DNA of 64,000 nucleotides from Gammaproteobacteria bacterium (GTDB lineage Bacteria; Pseudomonadota; Gammaproteobacteria; Eutrophobiales; Eutrophobiaceae): NCBI GenBank assembly GCA_965200295.1, contig OZ241347.1, positions 3,141,727 to 3,205,726 of the forward strand, read 5' to 3'. Shown piece by piece: positions 59,313 to 64,000 of this stretch (position 1 is its first letter; each line of letters starts with the position of its first letter). The notes under the pieces were generated by a model. It saw only the letters and a program-made list of their open reading frames with translations, ran no database searches and was not told where the DNA came from. The position numbers and the translations under genes were made by a program.

Positions 59313-62252
59313 ATGGCAACGCCGGATTTTCTTGACCGCTTGCAGGGCGCCCGCCTTAAAACCGGCGCCAACCGCCCGTTCCCGTTGGATACTCCTGAGC
59401 AAGTATATCTGGTTGAACAAGGTTATCTGGATATCTTCGTGGCCGAGGTGACACAGCAAACAGTCACCGGGCGGCGGCGGTTTGTGGCGCGCATCAACGC
59501 CGGGGAGATGGCCTTCGGCAGCGTCCCGGCGCGCGTGCGCCAACGCAGCTTCGGATTGCTGGCCGTGCCGTCCTTGAGCGCCGTCATTATAACGGGGCAA
59601 CGCGCCGGCATTGCCGCCGACGGGGTGGACGTGCATGCGCTGAACTGGATAGATGATTGGGTCTTCCACTTAGCTGCCGGTCTGGATCAAGACCTGGTCC
59701 AGACCGTGCACCCGCGCCTGCTGGAAGCAGATCCGGACGTTCTCTGCGCCGCCGGCGCCGCGCTCAGCGCTCAGCATAACGACGTAATCTGGGTCAAGGC
59801 GGACCAACCCCTGGCCGTGTTCGGGCGCGACGAACTGACCGTGACGCCGGGGCAGCCGTTGCTGCCGCTCACCGAACGCACCTGGTGCGTACCGGTTGCC
59901 GACGCCGAGGTCACCGGCATGTACACCCCGGAAGCGCTGGCAAGAGGGGAACTCTGGGCCGGGTTCGACCGCTTCGGGGCGCTGCACCTGGAATACTCGG
60001 CGCTGGCCGCGCAAGCAGCCGACATTGATCTGCGCCGGCAACGGCAACGCGCGCATGTAGCGCAACGGCGCGCGGTGGCGGGCGCCATGCAGGGTTTCAG
60101 CCAAATCCTGGGACGCGGCGCGCGCGCCGGCCACGCACAGGAGCAGGCGCAGACCGCGCTGCAAACCGCAACGAAACTGGTGGCCGAGCATATCGGCGCA
60201 ACGTTGGCGATACCGGAACATTTCGAGGACTCCGACCCGGAAAAGACCGTCAACAACCTGGCCCGGCGTAACGGCATCAAGACCCGTGAGTTGCAACTGG
60301 CGCCGGACTGGTGGCGTCGCGACGGACCCTCTTTTGTCGGCTTTAAGGCTGCTGACGGCGCTGCACCTGAGCCGCTGGCGATACTCGCCGGCGCCCGCGG
60401 CCGCTATCGCGTAACAGACCCGAAAACCGGCGCCAACATCCCGCTCACGGCCACCGGCGCCGCGCAGATTAGCGCACGCGGCATCATGCTTTACGCACCG
60501 CTGCCCGACCATATCGACGACAACAAGACGATTATCCGCTATGCCCTGCAAGGGCGCAGTGAAGATGTACGCACCCTGTTGGTCGTGGGCCTGTTGGGCG
60601 GACTGTTGGCGCTGCTGACGCCCATCCTGACCGGCAGGCTCCTGGCCGATTTTATTCCGCGCGCGGAGACCGCGTTGTGGGTCGCCTCCCTGGGCGCACT
60701 GGCGCTGGCCGCCGTTGGCGGCGCACTGTTCAGCATTGTGCAAGCGCTGGCATTGCTGCGCCTGGAGGGACGCGTGGATGAGCGCTTGCAGACTGCCGTA
60801 TGGAACCGGCTGGTGTCCCTGCCGCCGCCGTTCTTTCGCGACTACACCGCCGGCGATCTGGCCGACCGCGCCAACGGCATCAGTGAAGCGCGCCGCCTGC
60901 TGGCCGGCGCCGCGGCGCAAACGGCATTCAGTGGCATTTTCTCCGTGTTCAGTCTGGCGTTGATGTTCTATTACAGCTGGAGTCTGGCTTTGGTCACTTG
61001 TGCATTGCTGCTGGCGCTGGCCGGCGCCACCTGGTTTTTCTCCATGGGGCAACTGCGGCGCTATCGCACCATGTTTCGTTTCCAGGGCGCGCTCGACGGT
61101 TTCATATTTCAGATGATCAGCGGCCTCGCCAAGCTGCGGGTGGCGCATGCGGAGAATTACGCGCTGGCGCACTGGGCGCGGCGCTATGCCGAACAGCAAC
61201 AGGAAAACCTCGCGGCGCTGCACTGGGGCGCGGGCCAACAGGTGGTCGGCAGCGCCTTCCAACCGCTGGCGCTGTTGCTGCTGCTGGCCTTCGTGCATTA
61301 CCAGTTACTCGGCGCCGGCGCGCAGCCGGACTTCAATCTGGCCGATTTTTTATCATTTAACGCCGCCTTCGGCCAGCTCACCGGCGCCGTGCTCGGCCTG
61401 ACCAGCGCCGCCAGCGCCCTGGCCGGCGCGCTGCCGCTGCTGGAACGGGTAAAACCGGCGCTGACGGCCGAACCTGAGTTGACCACCGACGGCATCGACC
61501 CCGGCATCATCAAGGGCAACCTGGAATTTGCCAACGTCAGCTTCCGCTATGAACGGGACGGTCCCAAGGTAATAGACAACCTGTCATTTGCCATTAACCA
61601 GGGTGACTATGTGGCGTTTGTCGGCCCGTCCGGTTGTGGCAAATCCACCCTCTATCGGTTACTGCTGGGGTTTGAGCAAGCGGATGCGGGCACTGTTTTC
61701 CTGGACGGACACAACCTGTCCAGCCTCAACCTGAACGAGGTGCGACGCAATCTGGGCGTGGTGCTGCAACATGGCAGGATCATGGCCGGCAGCGTTTTTG
61801 AGAACATCGCCGGCATGTCGCCGTTGAGCCCGAACGACGCCTGGGCGGCGTTGCGCGCGGCGGCGCTGGAAGACGATGTGCGCGCCATGCCCATGGACTT
61901 GCGCACCATCCTGCCGGAAGACGGCGCCGGGCTTTCCGTGGGGCAGAAACAGCGCCTGCTCATCGCCCGCGCGCTGGCGCGCAAACCGCGCATTTTATTG
62001 TTTGACGAAGCCACCAGCGCGCTGGATAATCGCGCGCAAGCGATTGTGCAGGCCTCGCTCAAACAGCTCAACGTCACCCGCATCGTCATTGCCCATCGCC
62101 TGAGCTCCATTCGCGACGTTGAAAAGATTTATGTGCTCGACTCAGGCCGCATTGTCGAAAGCGGCGACTACGACCAGCTCATGGCCCGGGACGGTGTGTT
62201 TGCCAAACTTTCACGCCGTCAGCTTGTCGCGGACACTGGCCCCAACTCTTAA
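59313..62252 (+). CDS. NHLP-type ABC transporter permease/ATPase (second subunit)
   Basis: ATG 59313. Long N-terminal region, WW..D.P, Walker A GPSGCGKS, FDEATSALDN..Q. Confidence 0.92.
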   Translation: MATPDFLDRLQGARLKTGANRPFPLDTPEQVYLVEQGYLDIFVAEVTQQTVTGRRRFVARINAGEMAFGSVPARVRQRSFGLLAVPSLSAVIITGQRAGIAADGVDVHALNWIDDWVFHLAAGLDQDLVQTVHPRLLEADPDVLCAAGAALSAQHNDVIWVKADQPLAVFGRDELTVTPGQPLLPLTERTWCVPVADAEVTGMYTPEALARGELWAGFDRFGALHLEYSALAAQAADIDLRRQRQRAHVAQRRAVAGAMQGFSQILGRGARAGHAQEQAQTALQTATKLVAEHIGATLAIPEHFEDSDPEKTVNNLARRNGIKTRELQLAPDWWRRDGPSFVGFKAADGAAPEPLAILAGARGRYRVTDPKTGANIPLTATGAAQISARGIMLYAPLPDHIDDNKTIIRYALQGRSEDVRTLLVVGLLGGLLALLTPILTGRLLADFIPRAETALWVASLGALALAAVGGALFSIVQALALLRLEGRVDERLQTAVWNRLVSLPPPFFRDYTAGDLADRANGISEARRLLAGAAAQTAFSGIFSVFSLALMFYYSWSLALVTCALLLALAGATWFFSMGQLRRYRTMFRFQGALDGFIFQMISGLAKLRVAHAENYALAHWARRYAEQQQENLAALHWGAGQQVVGSAFQPLALLLLLAFVHYQLLGAGAQPDFNLADFLSFNAAFGQLTGAVLGLTSAASALAGALPLLERVKPALTAEPELTTDGIDPGIIKGNLEFANVSFRYERDGPKVIDNLSFAINQGDYVAFVGPSGCGKSTLYRLLLGFEQADAGTVFLDGHNLSSLNLNEVRRNLGVVLQHGRIMAGSVFENIAGMSPLSPNDAWAALRAAALEDDVRAMPMDLRTILPEDGAGLSVGQKQRLLIARALARKPRILLFDEATSALDNRAQAIVQASLKQLNVTRIVIAHRLSSIRDVEKIYVLDSGRIVESGDYDQLMARDGVFAKLSRRQLVADTGPNS

Positions 62253-62335
62253 AGACAATCCCTTAGAAACGACCCTTTATCCACCAGATTCTCGTTTGCA
62301 CAGGAACGGCTTGTGCTGCATAATACGCTCCAACC

Positions 62336-63802
62336 ATGACCAGCACTGACACCACCTTCTGGAGCGGTAAAACCTTCGACGACTTTCTGTTCCGCCCGCA
62401 GAAAGGGATTACGGAGACGCGCCGGGACCTCAGCTTGCGTAGCGTATTGACCGGCTCGCTGTCCCTGGAGTTGCCCATCGTCTCCTCCAACATGGACAGC
62501 GTGACCGGCGCCGAGATGACTCAGGCCATGGCGACGGAGGGCGGTATCGGCGTCATCCACCGCGCCATGAGTATCGAGCGGCAGGCGCGCAAAGTAGCCC
62601 AGATCAAACGCAGCCAGAGCGCAGTCATCAAACAACCCCTGTGCCTGCCGTTGGGCGCTACCATCCGGCAGGCGCGGAAATTTGCCGCCCAACATGCCAT
62701 CACCGGCATTCTTATCGAGACGCAGCCGGGCAGCAATGTCCTGGCCGGCCTGCTGTCGCGGCGGGATATGCCCTGGAACCGCACGCATGACGAGCAGCCG
62801 GTGGAGCGTTTTATGACGCCTTTTGAGCGGTTGGTGGTCGATGCGCCCGGTATTTCCACCGAGCAGGCCTCCGAGGTTTTGTTTGAACACCGTATCGAAC
62901 GCCTGCCGCTGGTCGATGCCGAACGGCGCATTCACGGCCTGATTACGCGCCGGGACATCTTTTCCCTGCGCGAACGGCCCTACTCCAGCAAGGACGACAA
63001 GGGCCGCTTGCTGGTGGGCGCCGCCATCGGCGCCCGTGGCGATTATCTGGAGCGCTCGGCAGCCCTGCTCGAGGCGGGCGCGGACTGCTTGTTCATTGAC
63101 ATCGCCCACGGCCATTCCACGGTGATGGAAACAGCCGTGAATGAGTTTCGCGGGCGTTTCGGCAACGTGCCGTTAGTGTGCGGCAACGTGGCGACGGCAG
63201 CGGGCGCCCAGTTCATGCGCGCGATCGGCGCCGATGCGGTCAAAGTCGGCGTCGGACCCGGACGCGGCTGCCGCACGCGCCTGGAGACCGCAGCCGGCGT
63301 GCCGCAACTGCAAGCTATACGGGAAGCCTGGCAGGCGCTGGAAGATTCCATCCCGATCATGGCCGACGGCGGCATCAATACCGACAAGGACATTTTTCTG
63401 GCGCTGGTCTGCGGCGCCACCACAGTGATGCTGGGCAGCGCCCTGTCCGGCACCGACGAAGCCCCCGGCCGGGTCATCGAAGACCCGGTCACCCACACCA
63501 AGAAAAAGATCTACCGCGGCATGACCTCGCCGGAAGCAGTGCTGGAATCGCATTACGACCCGGACAACGCCGAGGCGCTCGACGCCGCCCTCGACACCCC
63601 GCCGGAAGGCCAGGAGCTGCAAGTGCCCTACAAAGGCAGTGTCAAGGACATCCTGCACCGCATCCGCGGCCACCTGCGCTCCTCCGTCAGCTACGCCGGC
63701 GAGGCCACCCTGCAAGCCGCCCGCGACAAAATCCTCAAACACCCGCAACACTACCTGATCCCCCTCTCCCCCGCCGCCTACCGGGAGTCTTATGAGCGTT
63801 GA
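62336..63802 (+). CDS. GuaB-family IMP dehydrogenase/GMP reductase with CBS domains, divergent active site
   Basis: TFDD, P.VSSNMDSVT, DIAHGHS, KVGVGPGRGCRTR, ADGG, YRGM, PEG. Confidence 0.85.
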   Translation: MTSTDTTFWSGKTFDDFLFRPQKGITETRRDLSLRSVLTGSLSLELPIVSSNMDSVTGAEMTQAMATEGGIGVIHRAMSIERQARKVAQIKRSQSAVIKQPLCLPLGATIRQARKFAAQHAITGILIETQPGSNVLAGLLSRRDMPWNRTHDEQPVERFMTPFERLVVDAPGISTEQASEVLFEHRIERLPLVDAERRIHGLITRRDIFSLRERPYSSKDDKGRLLVGAAIGARGDYLERSAALLEAGADCLFIDIAHGHSTVMETAVNEFRGRFGNVPLVCGNVATAAGAQFMRAIGADAVKVGVGPGRGCRTRLETAAGVPQLQAIREAWQALEDSIPIMADGGINTDKDIFLALVCGATTVMLGSALSGTDEAPGRVIEDPVTHTKKKIYRGMTSPEAVLESHYDPDNAEALDAALDTPPEGQELQVPYKGSVKDILHRIRGHLRSSVSYAGEATLQAARDKILKHPQHYLIPLSPAAYRESYER

Positions 63803-63818
63803 TATGTACAAAAAGTAC

Positions 63819-63847
63819 TTGCACTGATTCCGGTAATCACCTACACT
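63819..63847 (+). promoter_or_regulatory. Putative sigma70 promoter
   Basis: TTGCAC-17 bp-TACACT upstream of an AAGGAGG RBS. Confidence 0.55.
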
Positions 63848-63876
63848 GACCGGACAATAAAACGAAGGAGGTTGTT

Positions 63877-64000
63877 ATGAACAAATTATCGGATGTTGCC
63901 AGTATCATCATCAGCATCTTCGCTGTAGGCGTCCTGCTGGCAGGGCTGATCCTTTCCGGACAAGTTGGAATAAGGGATGATATAGCAGACCTGCAACAAC
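63877..64000 (+). CDS. Partial small membrane-anchored hypothetical protein
   Basis: AAGGAGG RBS, then MNKLSDVASIIISIFAVGVLLAGLILSGQVGIRDDIADLQQ..., open to the window end. Confidence 0.6.
   Translation, partial: MNKLSDVASIIISIFAVGVLLAGLILSGQVGIRDDIADLQQ

Noticed and set aside
55881-62252. Exporter as the type I secretion system for the RTX protease
   Set aside because: The intact C39 Cys/His motifs, two-ABC architecture and adjacent GG-leader peptide point to peptide export, and it lies 34 kb away.
1-64000. tRNA, rRNA, integrase or prophage genes
   Set aside because: None recognised by eye; intergenic space is short and mostly explained by MITEs and promoters. A tRNAscan/Infernal run would be needed to exclude small RNAs.

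Overview
GC-rich bacterial (proteobacterial-looking) accessory region with four modules. (1) 1-30.4 kb is a partial non-flagellar type III secretion system with Ysc/Bordetella-Bsc-like features. It has SctV, W, X, Y, F, J, K and L, both translocators on opposite strands, two Bsp22/EspA-like filament proteins, a BtrV-like STAS protein, about ten chaperones and a SopB/IpgD phosphatase. It also has several orphan effector candidates and is interrupted by a 1977-aa serralysin/RTX/Calx-beta protein. (2) 30.5-52.3 kb holds two divergent catabolic operons, each led by a TonB-dependent receptor and sharing an upstream motif: nitrilase + aldoxime dehydratase + AraC, and an anthraniloyl-CoA monooxygenase-type cluster. 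Between them lie a low-GC orphan flavoprotein-like gene and an IS1380 remnant. (3) Next come an orphan effector paralog and a hipBA pair. (4) The end has a double-glycine peptide precursor with an NHLP-type three-gene exporter, then a divergent GuaB-family gene. The main unexplained signals are a ~151-bp five-hairpin MITE-like repeat (about 12 full or partial copies, 4-bp TSDs, compensatory stem changes) sitting at module junctions, and two unrecognised N-terminal domains shared by five scattered orphan ORFs, which marks them as probable T3SS substrates. All calls come from reading motifs by eye and from recall of families; no searches were run.
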